The notes below the pieces were generated by a model. The model was not told the DNA's origin, did not search any database, and saw nothing but the letters and a program-made list of their open reading frames with translations. Source: Dimorphilus gyrociliatus (taxonomy: Eukaryota; Animalia; Annelida). Taken from it: a stretch of 64,000 bases of DNA. Shown one piece after another: positions 32,649 to 46,000 of this stretch. Each line of letters begins with the position of its first letter. Position 1 is the first letter of the stretch. The DNA is taken from assembly GCA_904063045.1 (NCBI GenBank), contig CAJFCJ010000010.1, forward strand, positions 1,302,001-1,366,000, given 5' to 3'. A program made the position numbers and the translations under genes.

Positions 32649-35600
32649 ATAATTGATAATAGAAGAGAAAAATTGAATTTTTCGCTTTTGAATAAAAGCA
32701 AATTTATTTAGGTTTTCCAATGATGAATACATATAAAAAAAATGCATTGATTAATCCCCTTCTTCTTTTAAGACTTCGAACATAATTTAGATGAGTGAAT
32801 GATAAGAGTGTCCTTCGGTACAGATGACAGTTATAAATAGCTAGGGCGAAAGGGGGATGTTATTTGTACATTTAAAAATAGATTGCAAGAGGCCATAAAG
32901 GGTTAGGGATGAGTATATTACACTAGATATCCCATTCCTATCTTTTTTATTCTTTTTCTTTTCATCCCTTGATACTGATTTCTATCAGTAACACGCAACA
33001 CTTTGCATAAAAATGTCTTTTTTTTCTTTTTCCTAAAGTATATATAACGAATTTTATGATAAATTTGATAATTTTATACATAATCCATTTTCTAGTAACA
33101 ATTTCTACTGTAATACCAAGTCATTTCATCAGAAGGTAGCTGAATATTTACATATAAATTAGCATTTTGTTTACATTCACAGATATTGTACGCAAATACA
33201 ATATAGATAATAAAACAAACAATAGATCCTAATTACTGTCAATGGCAATCAACCAGACGACTTTCTTTCTCTTTTGTAACATTTAAAAAAAAGTCGTTTT
33301 AGTAAAGTAATCAACTAAAAAAGGTATGAATAAATTTTCCTTAAATAATATACATAAAATACAGTTTTATCTTGAATTAATTAATTTATTCATAAAATAT
33401 GCAAAATAAAAGTTTTTAATCTTAAATATTAAGTTGTAATAAAGAATATTCCTATGAATTTTTATTAATTTTCATAAATTTTACATTTTAGCGATCTTAG
33501 CTATAATAATTAATTATTTATATTGTAAACAATTTGTAAATATTGGAAAACTCTAATAAATGATGTTTGAAAGAAGAAGAAAGGAAAGAATGATAGCTTA
33601 AATATTTAAAATTGAGAAGTAGAATTAATTTTATTCTAGTGAATCGAATGGAGAACCTAATAATTATTTCTTTTATGGATATATAGGATGATATATATAT
33701 ATATGATTACTTGTTCCATCAGTAGTACAATATATGTAATCGGTGATTGTTCGACCTTTTAACAATTTTAAAGTTCAGACAGTTAAACTTTTGAGAAATG
33801 TCAAGAGAATTTGCTTTGTAAAAATCAATCTAAGACCTGTTATTTTTATCCATTTCTCTTACTTATTTATATAAATATGTATATATAAAACCTTTATAGC
33901 CTTTCCCCGTCTTTCACTCTTCCAATTTTTTCCCTTCAATCCTTCTAACCTAATTTTTCTCTTCATCTACCTCTTTTTCTATCTGCTAGTCTCTATCATA
34001 TGGAAAAATAGTGTAAAGCTTTTAAATAGGCTTTTGAAAAAATTAACCGTAAACCGAATCTTTATTTTATAAATAATCGCTGTGTGAAAAAAATTGGCGG
34101 TTAGTGTTCCATTTGAAGTAATTGCAGTTTTAAAAAAAAAAATAATAACAAATCACTCTAAGAATTTGCCTGGATTTACCTTGCATGTAGCAGAGGGAAA
34201 TAAAAATAAACAAGAGAAGTAGAGGAAGACAGACAGAGGTGGAGAGAACAACGCAAATAAAGAGACATAGGGAGAGAGACAGAGACAGTCAGCCAGAGAG
34301 ACAGACAGACAGAGAGACGAATAGAGAGAGCGAGAGATGGAAAAAAAAATGAAAAAGGACTATAATTTACAGATATATTTTTTCTGACTGAAATTGGATT
34401 TTAACATATATATAATCTAAAATATTTGCAATTTTAGTATATATGACGCTCTTACCTATTTGAATTGTTTGCTTCTTCTAATGTGACGTCATATTTTCCA
34501 TCATCGCCAGTAAAAGCAATTAGCTAGTATAGTTGTGAAGCTATAATTGCATGACTAAGTCAGAAAAGAGGGCTTAAAAGAAATATTCTAAACACGAAAA
34601 ATTTCCTTATTAGTATATTCCACCTCCGCCTTCTTTGTAGATATAGTAGAAGGGTTAAAAAGAGAAAAAAGAAAGTAGAAAATTATAAAGAAAGGTCGCA
34701 AGAGAGAAAGAGAGAGAGAAGGAAGGATAAGTCTACGAGAGAGTGAGAGAAAGAAAGAGGGAGAGAGAGACGGGAGAAGGGAGGAAATCGTCAGCTGTTT
34801 CTTTTCCGCTCAAAAAAATCTGTCATCAAACTCGACTGGAACTGATTCGCGTTTAACCGGCAGTCGTGCCTAGAGCGTCGCAAAGCAAATTTTTTTCCTG
34901 TCCAAATAAAAGAACCATGCATTTTTTTATAAATATAAATGTGAAATAGAAAAGTTTGCCATACCCTTTTTTTTATGTATTAACTTTTATCGACATTCTT
35001 CTCTTATTAAATAATAAAATTTTAACTAATATTCTCTCTTTTACAATTATTTATATGCTTAATGGAAATTTCAAGGTAAATAATTATTTAAAGGCATACG
35101 CAGGCCATTAAATATATGTTTATCACGATTATTTGGAAAGGAACACATAATCTTCAACGTGTGTTAACGTTACTTTGAAGTTTCTACAACACTATTAATC
35201 ATGTCAAGGTTCTGCAGTTTGCAGTTGCAGCAAGTTGCGTTCGTATCTGATATTTTTGAAAAAAAAAATAACAGAGTTATAAGATAGTTTGAATTACACT
35301 TTCGCTAGCTACTGCCATCTGCCGGCTATTGGAAAAGAATAAGAAACATTTATAGATCTTGTAAGAAAGGTATTTATTTTCCTTTAATCAAACATAAACT
35401 ACCTTCTTAAAGTGATTTTACTTTGTAAAAAGTAGACTACTTGATTTCCTTCTTAACGTTAAGCTTTTTATTGATTGATTTATTGTTACATCTCGTTTCT
35501 TTAGAACTTGAAGGCGAAGAAACGCTTCGTTTCATTCATCTTTTATTATGCAGAATAGATATAATTAGAATTTTATCGACTGTTATCAAATTAACACCTT

Positions 35601-37229
35601 TCGCTCGAATAGATACCTATCAATTAAGCGTTTATATCTTTTCCTGTTTTTTTCCCTTCTTTTCAAGGAAAAAGTAATTATCATATTGGAAATAGGCGTA
35701 TATTTTTTCGGTAATATCATCAAACATTTGTACTGGCTGTAGGACAGAATCCAAAAAGTAACTAACGTCTTTATAATGTAATTTAATAAATATTATATAG
35801 AAGAAATACGATGATTAGTAGTCTAATCATAAATGATGTAAGCTACAAACTTATATAAATGAATATTGTATAAGAAATATATAATTTTTCAATGATAAAT
35901 ATATATCAGGAGCAAAGGATGATAGAATGATAAAAAGTTTACCAAGCCTTATCGCGTATTATTGAAGAGAAATGATATATACATGCAACAGAAAAGAAAG
36001 CGGATAGAGATGGAGATAAATGGTCAGAGTGATCCGAATAAATGATAAAAGTAGCTCTTCAAATTTACCAGCACGACAACAACTACAATTTTATTTCTTT
36101 TCCGGTACTATCGGGATTCTCTTCTATTAAAAAGATTCTAATAAGGTTCCTACTATTTAAAATGAATGAAAAACAATGCATTAACTCTTTATATTAGGAA
36201 AATTCAACAATAAATAATTCTTTTATTGTTAATTAACTACTTTCTTATACAATTTAAATATATCATTCAAATAATTAATTTTAACAACTGGTTTTAAATA
36301 TTATGTAATACTTTATAATAACTGAATAATTACTTTGTTATAGTTAAATAAAAATAATACATCAATTTTTTAATTCAATTTATAAATTGGATACTGCCTG
36401 GTTCTATACTGCTCTCTTATTTATAGCGAACACGGGTAAAATCCAATCGAAGCCAAAGAAAAACTCTCAATTATCGATAGTTTGTCGAGTGTATAACATG
36501 AATGGACAGTATACTTATGGTAGATAGCTTGCAGTAAAAAGCATATTAATATGAACAAGATTGTTGAGTTTGAATAATGCAGCCAATATACTGTAATATA
36601 TATAACGTTGTTTTGATTTTTCTTCTCTTCTTTATCTAAAATATTGTCATCAAAATGCTAAGCTCTATAACACTCGGATTTTCTAGTGTAAATTCCTCAT
36701 AGACATTCCTTTCTACGTAATTTAAATTCTTTATCATAAAAACATGAAAATGTTAACATAAGAATGAAACCTTTTCTTTTGAGACAAAACTATTATAAAA
36801 GGAGATTAAAAGTAATTAAATGTATTACACTATCGATATAATGCGATTAGTAGATAGGGAATTAACGATACACTGCAATATTTATAACTTTATTTTCTTG
36901 CCTTTTCTCAGGTTTTGGATGAGACCTTTCTTAGTCGATAATATTAGTATATTACTAATGTAATACATCATTTAAAAATGAAATAATACACAATTTTATT
37001 GCAAATAAATCAAGTACTGTATTTTGAATGAAATTACCACTTCGTTTTAGACTATAGTAGCTCTTTTCTTGTACTTTGTAATGAAAAGGTATTTGGCTAA
37101 TTAATTATGAATATTACAAGTGTTTCTACTCTCTACATTTATATATACATGTATTATTTTTATTGTTAATTTAAATAAATCAACTGGATAGAGCATAGGA
37201 TGTTGAAATATGTAAAAATTTTTGCCTCT

Positions 37230-37550
37230 ACTACATCATAATCATTCTCATCAAATATCTTATAAAACATTTTTTTCGCCAATGGATAAATTTATAAGCT
37301 GTAGGGCTAAAAGTAATTTTTGTACGATGTTTTGGGAGACGATTGCATCTGGTAGAATTGGAAAATTAATCTCCAGAGAGAGCCGGGTTAATTCCGTAAA
37401 ATATTAAGATAATTTAGTAAGCATCTAATGCCAATTTAACCCTTCCAACATGAAATGTACTGTACACAGTAATCAAAGTTAAATCTTAAGGATTTCATTT
37501 AAGTATTACATGCCGATAGTTTAAAACCAGTTGTCAAAAATAGTTGAAAC
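37230..37550 (+). mobile_element. Decayed Tc1-like transposase fossil
   Basis: KFISCRAKSNFCTMFWETIASGRIGKLISRESRVNSVKY*DNL (MFW at 37327-37335) matches the Tc1 segment TVKHGGGSVMVWGC...G.G.L..I.G.MNS.KY..IL. Downstream FQHE.. and ADSLKPVVKNS* resemble FQ.DN and SPDLNPIENLW. Confidence 0.55.
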
Positions 37551-37935
37551 TTTATTATTTCAGCTTTTCCAGATTTTATAAGCTGAGTTAGTGTAAATCC
37601 TAATACTTTCCATATATTTGACTTTATGCAAAAGTCTCGCAAAGTTTGTTAGATTATATTTATTATTAAAATATGACTGAAAATTTCCAGAATTACTGTT
37701 AGTGTCATTTCACTCTCCCTTAATTTATCACAAATAAGGAAAAGACATCACGTGATTAAAAAATTCCGATAGGAAGTTAATACATAAAAAGTGATACATT
37801 ATTATATGGATACTGTATATATATATGTATATGGGTTACTTTGTCGTCGAAAATTTACATAATTATATTTCTTTTGACTGTTATATATAGTGAAAATTAA
37901 ATATATATATAAATATATCCTATAGGTATGTTGGC

Positions 37936-37972
<37 letters not shown>

Positions 37973-38478
37973 ATACAGTATATATAAATTTATATACATT
38001 ATATTTGTTAAGCTCTTTTGTAAATGTTTATATGTAACGATATAGAAGTTATCTTCGTATTTGTAAACAATATATATATATATAGATACAGACATTTATA
38101 TATAAATCTCATTGTTTTGTGTTTAAGGAATACATGATTTTATTGATAAGGATATAAATCAAATTAGAGCTTATTATCCTCTTCTTTCTGTTTGATAGAA
38201 TAAATTATATCTTCCTTTCCTAAACAAAAACCGAAAATCAATTGTAGTACTTCTTTTTCTTTAAAATTGAAAGATAAAATTAGGCTTTTCTGCGTGTTTC
38301 CTTTTATCATTAAACATAAACTCATCCATCCACACAGCCAATAGAATGGTCAACCGATTTAGACACAACTATCCAAGCTACACATTACAACGCCAGTATC
38401 ATGGGTTTTTATCTTATGCATTCGATTTGCATAAAATTTAGATGAAACCGCTGGGTGAAAAGTAACAATTTTTCGCAA

Positions 38479-41400
38479 TCACAATTTCGAATTGAGTCTA
38501 GACAAGTAGGATTCGTGTAAATTCGCTTCGTTTTGTCGAACTTCTCTGTAGGATGTAGATGAAAAAAAGTGGAGCAAGTCGAATAGAAGTTCGAATACTT
38601 CCGCTAATGTGATTATGGAAATTCCTACCCATAACCCTAATTGTCCTCCTATATCTGACACCAACTGATTTCTGCTATAATCCTCACTTTCTTCTGTCTT
38701 TACCACATTACTGTCTGCTATGTAAACGTTTAATCTTGCAAAATCTTTCATCGCTTCTTCCCTTCGTGTGACATTAAAATGGCTCTTGAGAGACGTGTAT
38801 TTGCCCTGTAAAAATAGATTTACCCGTTTTCGACATATCTCAAAAGAATAGTTGTACCTAAAGAAATAAATATTAGTCTAGAAATATAACTACACTTAGG
38901 ATACGAATTCTGGTATAACTTTAAATCAAATGATACAAATGGGCAATTAATTAATATAGCCATGTTCTTTATGCATATCAATTGTCCTTGAAAACGGATA
39001 AATACTATAGTAGTAGTTCGATTAAATCTCTCAACAAACTTTCCTATACCGAAAACATCCCAGTAGGTGGCATCACCTTCATAACCAGCAGCTGGCCATT
39101 TGGATAGGGAATAAGAAACATCGTAAGTCACTTCATCGCATGCAGGAAAACACATGCACGATTCAAGAGCAGTAGAGTTTCTTGACAATCTAATTAACGT
39201 TTAAAGTGAAAGGAAATACCCTTGAAAGAACATACCCATTTATATAAGACATAATCGTAGTTAAATACTATATAAATTTGTCATGGAAATATATAAGAAA
39301 ATTGAAAAGTAGCCTTTCTAATAGTATGATACTCAAAAATAAGATTTCCATAGAACAACAAACAAACCTAGAATATACTCAACTCTACTGGAAAATATCC
39401 AAAGAGATTGTTATTTATAATTGTCGTACAAGACTACTAATAGATATGATTATAAAGATTACTCTCTATTAGGCTGGTTCAATGCAATTAATGCATCTAG
39501 AAATCTTTCTACGCTTTTAGTAATATGATAAATAACTTTTAAATTTATTTACAGTAAATAGGTACGCTATAATATAATAATAATAATAATAACATATATC
39601 TATATATTTATATACAGTATATGCTGCTTATGTAGATATTTCATATTATATTAATAACCTATATCAATTTTAATATATACTACCCTATCATCTTTAGATG
39701 AAATACATAGATTTAGGTTGAAACCTTCGTGCAAATTACTCAAGGAAATATTTTAAAGAACTTTTTCCTCTCTCTTTTTTCGGAATAAAACTGCTTCTCA
39801 TATAAAGTAAATTGCATATGTTTGATTTGAAGATACATTTTTAGTTATACTAATATAAATATAATTAAAAATTGGGTTATAAAACTATTATCTTTTCTTT
39901 ATATGATATAGAAATCATTGTAGATAAATTTCTTATCATAAATGTTTCCTATCTCTTACTTTAAGATGCAAAAACATACTGTAAGTGATTATCTATGGAA
40001 ATACAATTTAAAATAATGTCGGAATCTTTCGCCGTTATAGAGAACTTGATTGGATAGTCTCATGATGATACTATGTTGGCAGACCACTTCCAATCTCATT
40101 CCGTATTATTTAGTATGCACAGAATGTTGCCAAATTGTGTTTCGTACTAAAAATATACCAGTTTTTAAGAAAAAATTTTCCCCTCTTTCAGCTTTTATAA
40201 GACCTTGTAAGCCTTTCTGCCCTCCCTCAAGATTTGGAGATAGGGGTTGATCACTTTAAACGTCAATACCTGCCCTTCATTTTTCTAGCACATTCGATCT
40301 TACTGTGTAGATCTAATAATGCCTGCAAGCATTCTTCACTTGGTTCTGAAATACACTTCTTGGGGAATAAATCATCATTTCTACACAGAGGCTTATCTGA
40401 GTTATGTCTGAGAGGCAATGCATTATCCGAACAGTTGCATTCTTCTTCAACAAATTTTTGAATGCACATCTTCTGACACGACATTAATCTATATTCTCCG
40501 TGTTCGCCAAACGGATTAACTTTCGAACAATTTCCATGAGGAGGACCAATTCGAATATTTCGTCTTGGTTGTACTCCAAAAGATGCACTAAAACCAGTTG
40601 GAACATCATATCCTTCAGTGAACGGATATGCTCTCGTTCCAGGCCTGTGAATAACAACTCTAACACCTTCTGAAGCTGACATGGGACTACGAGATTCGTG
40701 CAATCCAGGGAGCATCCGAATTTCATCGTTCTTATCTAGCATACCTTTTAGAAATTTTTTGAATAATTAATGTAATTTATATAGATATAATATGCAAATG
40801 TCTATATGTTATGAATATGGTATATGTCAATGGCAGCTATGCAAGAGATTCAAATATTTATTATAAATTTCTTTGTAGCATATATGACATTTCGGAGACT
40901 TCTTTCATTATAATGATAAAATGTGTGCCTATAAAAAAGAAAGGCGAATGACATTATCCTATAATGTTTACCTTTTGTTCTATTTAATCGAATTCTATAT
41001 ATCCTATAAAAGGAACAACTAATAAAGAATACGAACTAAGAATCGTTAAAACGAGCTATTCTGGTTTCACTCACATTGCAGAAATATTATCAATAATTGC
41101 CAGTTACATAAAACAAACGGAAGGAAACTTACCAGAGCCTGATAAAAGTATGGAGGACCATCCATTTTCAATTCCTTCAGACAGTTCTCTTTCATTAACG
41201 GCAGGCTCATAGGTGAAACAATTAAAATAATATGAATCGAAGAAGCGTTTGAATCTATCCGTAATATTACACGATCTCCCTGCGTATTGACAGCTAACTA
41301 TAAAACCCTCTAATTGAACAGCGGCTTCTTCAATAACAGACTCCTCTATGTTAGCAGACATAGTAGTTCTTGAAAATATATCTTGAAATACTTCAGGAAA

Positions 41401-41808
41401 GTTGTCTTGATAAGTATACCATAATCTTGCGTATTTGGCAACAATCTTCATATAGTCCGAAACAAATCGTTGATTTGTGGAATTGATGTGATTTGCTGGT
41501 TCCGGATCTTTTATAAACATCCTGTTAACTTGATTTAACACATGAACATCCAAATTCCGAAAATTACACAATGATATAGCGGGAAAGGCGACTGGTGTAG
41601 CAACGACTTCTATGGTAACTTTTTTTGGGTAGGAATAGTAGCGTTTAAGCACCTCAAACATCTGCATACCAAACATAGAACCGGCCAAAACGCAGACGAC
41701 GATCCAACAAGATCTGGCGGCGACCGATCGGGCTTTTATAGCTTTCGGAACGCCGTGCATACTCGTCGAATCGGCGAAACGGTCGAGAACGTCACGCAAG
41801 CGGCTCAT
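38479..41808 (-). CDS. DEG/ENaC family sodium channel subunit, FaNaC/MGIC-related branch, ligand unknown, about 553 aa
   Basis: Exons (minus): 41808-41133, 40744-40270, 39189-39006, 38805-38479. GT-AG introns with phases 1,2,0, total 1662 nt. Motifs: pre-TM1 STSMHG, TM1, FPAISLCN, FFDSYYFNCFTY, SEGVRVVIH..G..P, Cys-rich thumb, SLSKWP, ARLNVY, TM2 SDIGGQLGLWVGISIITLAE with a GIS filter. The start is uncertain because an in-frame ATG also exists at 41889. Confidence 0.92.
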
Positions 41809-43018
41809 CTGAAACTCGCATGTTTCGCTCTGCAAACGACTTTGCGATAGGATACAGAGCAGCGCCATCACGATGACTTTTCTAAGCATACCTTCCGGTG
41901 AACTTATAAATATATAAATAAACATATAAATATATATTTAGAGATTACACACATATTAATAAATTTAATGAGTACGTTTTCATTAAATATATTAGAATAA
42001 TGTAAATATTATAATTTTATTTTGCGTTGAAAATTAGACTCTGCAGTTGCAGGATCGTTTTTGGATACATTGAATGTTTACCTATAGATCACAGTAAAGG
42101 TAATATATATACATAAGTATATTTAGATATTTCCTGTAGTAAGTGCTATAAAAACAATTTTTACTTTGAATCTTGTAGGTGATAGAAATAAGCTACAGAT
42201 ATTTCCTACTTTACCCTTTTATTTCAGCAGTAAATCATTGAGAGAGCGTAGTATATACTGATAAAACATTTTTAGCCGGATTTTTAGATATTAAAACTGA
42301 ATTTAGGCTAACTGCTTTGAAAACTGTATAGCCTACTCTTCTTTCTTATTAAAATAGGGCTATATGAAAAGAAAAGAAAAAACAAACTCATTTAACAAAT
42401 AGCAACTTCTCTTACTTAAAATTCCAACGTCTTGGACACGATTAGATGAGTTGAGAGTATCACGTGATTTTCTCGTTAGCTTATGTTGAGGTTAATTATC
42501 ATGTGAACAAGTCTCCAAAATCTCTGAAGAATTGACAAATGTTCGAAAAGTGTTTTTTCTTCTTAAGGATATACACTTTCATTAAGAATTTCCCTTGTCA
42601 ACTAACCTTTGACACTTAAAAGCTTTATTTTGCAGTTCCATCACATAATACATTACCTTTGTTAGACTCGGAGAAATAGCTATTTTTATTATAAATATAA
42701 TTGAAAAAACTATCGATGGCATTTAATATCATGTTTATAATCTCAGTTTTCGTTAATAAAAAGAGTATTTTTATGGAAGCTGTGTCTTGTAACATACATT
42801 AAAAATATAACTAATGTCTTATTATCAAAGTATAATATCTAGAGAATATATTAGAATACATATACTGTATATATACAGCATATACAATATATATATATAT
42901 ATATAATCTATTGAAGTATCGAGGCAATAGAATAATAAATACTGAAAAATTGAGGATGATAAATAAATATTTCCAGAACTTGCTACGGACTAAACCATCA
43001 AGACACAAATTCTATGAA

Positions 43019-43026
43019 TGACGTCA
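43019..43026. promoter_or_regulatory. Full CRE palindrome TGACGTCA upstream of the DEG/ENaC gene
   Basis: Exact motif followed by TTGACTC, about 1.2 kb upstream of the channel start, in the divergent DEG/ENaC-TRPM spacer. TCACGTGA is at 42460-42467. An 8-mer can occur by chance. Confidence 0.25.
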
Positions 43027-46000
43027 ATTGACTCGCTTCAGCCAGTTCTAATCTCTGTTAATTTGATGGTAGGACGTTGATGTTGAAGTATAGAAGAAAC
43101 CTATTTGCGTCTAATAAACTATCTTTTTATTAACTTTGTCCTGTATGTTAAAATTTTTCCAGAATTGAAATTATCGATAACACTAGTTATGTTATTAACT
43201 ATATTAAAATTCATAAATCAATCCGTAACTTTCAAACGCACTGAGATGATAATTATTCTATTGTCCGTAGTATTTTTTAATAGTTTAGCAGATCTATTAA
43301 CACAAGAAATTACAATTCAAAAACTCTCCTAAGCTCTAAGCTATATATTCTTATATTTAGAACACAATTAATATATTATCATTCATCATACTTTCTATTT
43401 TCTTAATAATTGTGATCAAAAATAGTATTGAGAAAGAAAATTAAATGGAGAATTAAAGAGATAGAGTAATATTTTATTACTTAATAAAATTTAAAATATA
43501 AAAAATATGAAAGTGCAACAGATATAATAGATAAAAAAAAGAGAAGGAATATGCGAAAAAGCGTGTAAGCAAAAGAAAGAGGGAGAGGGAAAGAGAAGGA
43601 ACAAGAGAGAGGGAGAGAGGAAGAGCGAGAGAAAAAGATAAAATTAAGGAGAAGCTTATAGCAGAAGAAAGATATGAAGATATGATATATAGAAACATAA
43701 AAGAAATAGAAAAGGCAGAAAGAAAATCGATAATGTATTAAAATATTAATAATTTGTCGTATTTTTATTTTAGTATTTTTTCTAAAGGCTTTAATCCGTA
43801 CAGGATAAAAAAGAAATAAAATATATAGAGAAGAAATCCTTAACTAAAAATATACACCAATACTCACTGAGAGATAGAAATAGCGGTTTACTGACAGTCT
43901 ATTGTAGACAAATTTCAATCAGGAAGAAGCATCTAGTGAATTTGATTTGCTTCTATAAAAGAAAAAAGACCTGTAATTAGTAGAAACTTCCCTCTTTTTA
44001 CTTATTTCCGATCTTAACAGGTTCTTTCAATATAAAGCAAATTTCTCATCATTTAGTTTTCTCAATGTAGTACAACAATACGTTTGTTTATTAAACTGGA
44101 TAATTTATATTGTTATTTTGTAGGAATATTCTTTTAATACGAATTTTATAATAGAAGATTGTTCAAACGGTAGACAACAGTTTCAAATTTCAACAGTAAT
44201 ACAATTAATACAAATTCCATTTTGAAACTTAAAACATTCATTTCATTTTCAAGTTAAAATTGTTGCAACTCTTAAAATAAGAGATAAAGAGAAGTGTTAT
44301 GAATTTAACTATAGAATTAACTACCATTTAGACAAAAATCAAGTTCAAACTATTTTCTTTTCTCATTGTATATAGGATGCTTTTGATACATTTTACATAT
44401 TAAAGAAAGATTATATACGTCTACTTACTGCGTATAAATTACATGACTATAGAAATACATCAAAGGGAAGAGGAAAAGAAGAGAAGGGAGAAGAGAATAT
44501 GAAAAAAAAAATTCTTATAAATATTTAAAAATCCAAAATTAAAAATTACTTTTTTTATATTTTATTCATTGCGGAAAGTGTAAAAAAAATATAAGCCACG
44601 AGATATATCTTAGTTAAGAATAACTTTTTATATCTAAGTAAAAAAAGGATCCGAAGGATTACATCATCAGCTCTTAGTGGGCTTAAATTTTTTTCATTTG
44701 AATCAAATATTAATGAAAAAATGTATCCATTCGACCTCTCTGCCTGTCTTGCCTCTCAATTGACTATCAGCCAGTCTAACACTCTCTGAGTCTCGCTCTT
44801 ACTATGCATCTATTCATCTCTCTATCATTCCATTTCTCTCTCTCTCTCCCTTCGCGTACCTCTCTCTCTCTCTCTCTCCTAGAACTATATTACTCAAATG
44901 TCTCCTATATTATATTTCCCTACCCATATTTGGATTCTAACAAGACGAAATGATTGAATTATTATACTGATAAAAATCAGAAAAGAAAAATACTAGGTCA
45001 TCAAACCAGACTATAACATAGGAAAATGAAAATTAGACTCCGAACGCCAAACTTGTTTTATTAACTATGTACAGTAAATGAGACAATCAGTTGTGTTTTT
45101 TTTATATCTTAACATATTGGACTTAAAAAATATTGAGTAAAACTCCACTTTCATTTTATTCCTTTGCTTTAAGTGCTAAAACAACTTAGAAGTATAATTA
45201 CTAGTGTAAAATTCAAGTCATTTACTAATTAGAATTTTTTAAAACTAATTAGCAAGAAACTACACAAAGTTTGCAAAAAAGAAGAATTACCCGAGTACTT
45301 AAAGAATTTTGATTTAGACAGGCAAACATTCTTCGATTGACGAATAATGCTTAGCTCATCTTATATAGGTGAATATGTTATCTGAAAATGGGAACTATGA
45401 TACTATTTTAGGAAGAACTTGTTCAGTTGTGAAAACTACGTAGTGGAGAGAGACTTTGTCTTGAAGTAGCATCCATTTACCACCTACTAATTCTATGTAT
45501 AATAGAAAAATTCTTTACAACTTTTAGGTTGATAAACAACTAAGCACTGAGAAAATCAACTTTTTTCTACTACAGCTGTAATAATACGTTTACTAATACT
45601 TTTAGAAACGGAAAAAACTTAATATCCATAGAGTTTTATACTAAATATAATGAATAATTGATGAAATTAGATAACAGAAGAAAAATTTCGCCATAATAAT
45701 TGATGAAATATTTCATCTAAAAGACTTTCTCTTAAACGAAAAAATGGGGAGGGAGGGTGTTAAGCCTGGCGTCGAGTTATATAATTTTTCTATATTCTAC
45801 GGCAGATTTATAATAAAAATCTATGTAAATACGATTCAATGTTTAGTATATTACTAAGTTAAGCTTAAAAATTACAAGACAATTATAATTAATGATTAAA
45901 AAATGAATTAATACTTCAGTTTATATTTTGAAAATTTTTCATTATTTCCTTTTAACTAAAATGGATAAATAGCTTTTAAAATTTCTAAACTATTTTAGGC

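Noticed and set aside
38479-41808. Naming the DEG/ENaC gene FaNaC
   Set aside because: It is related, but diagnostic segments differ from molluscan FaNaC as I recall them. Orthology needs a phylogeny, so no symbol is given.
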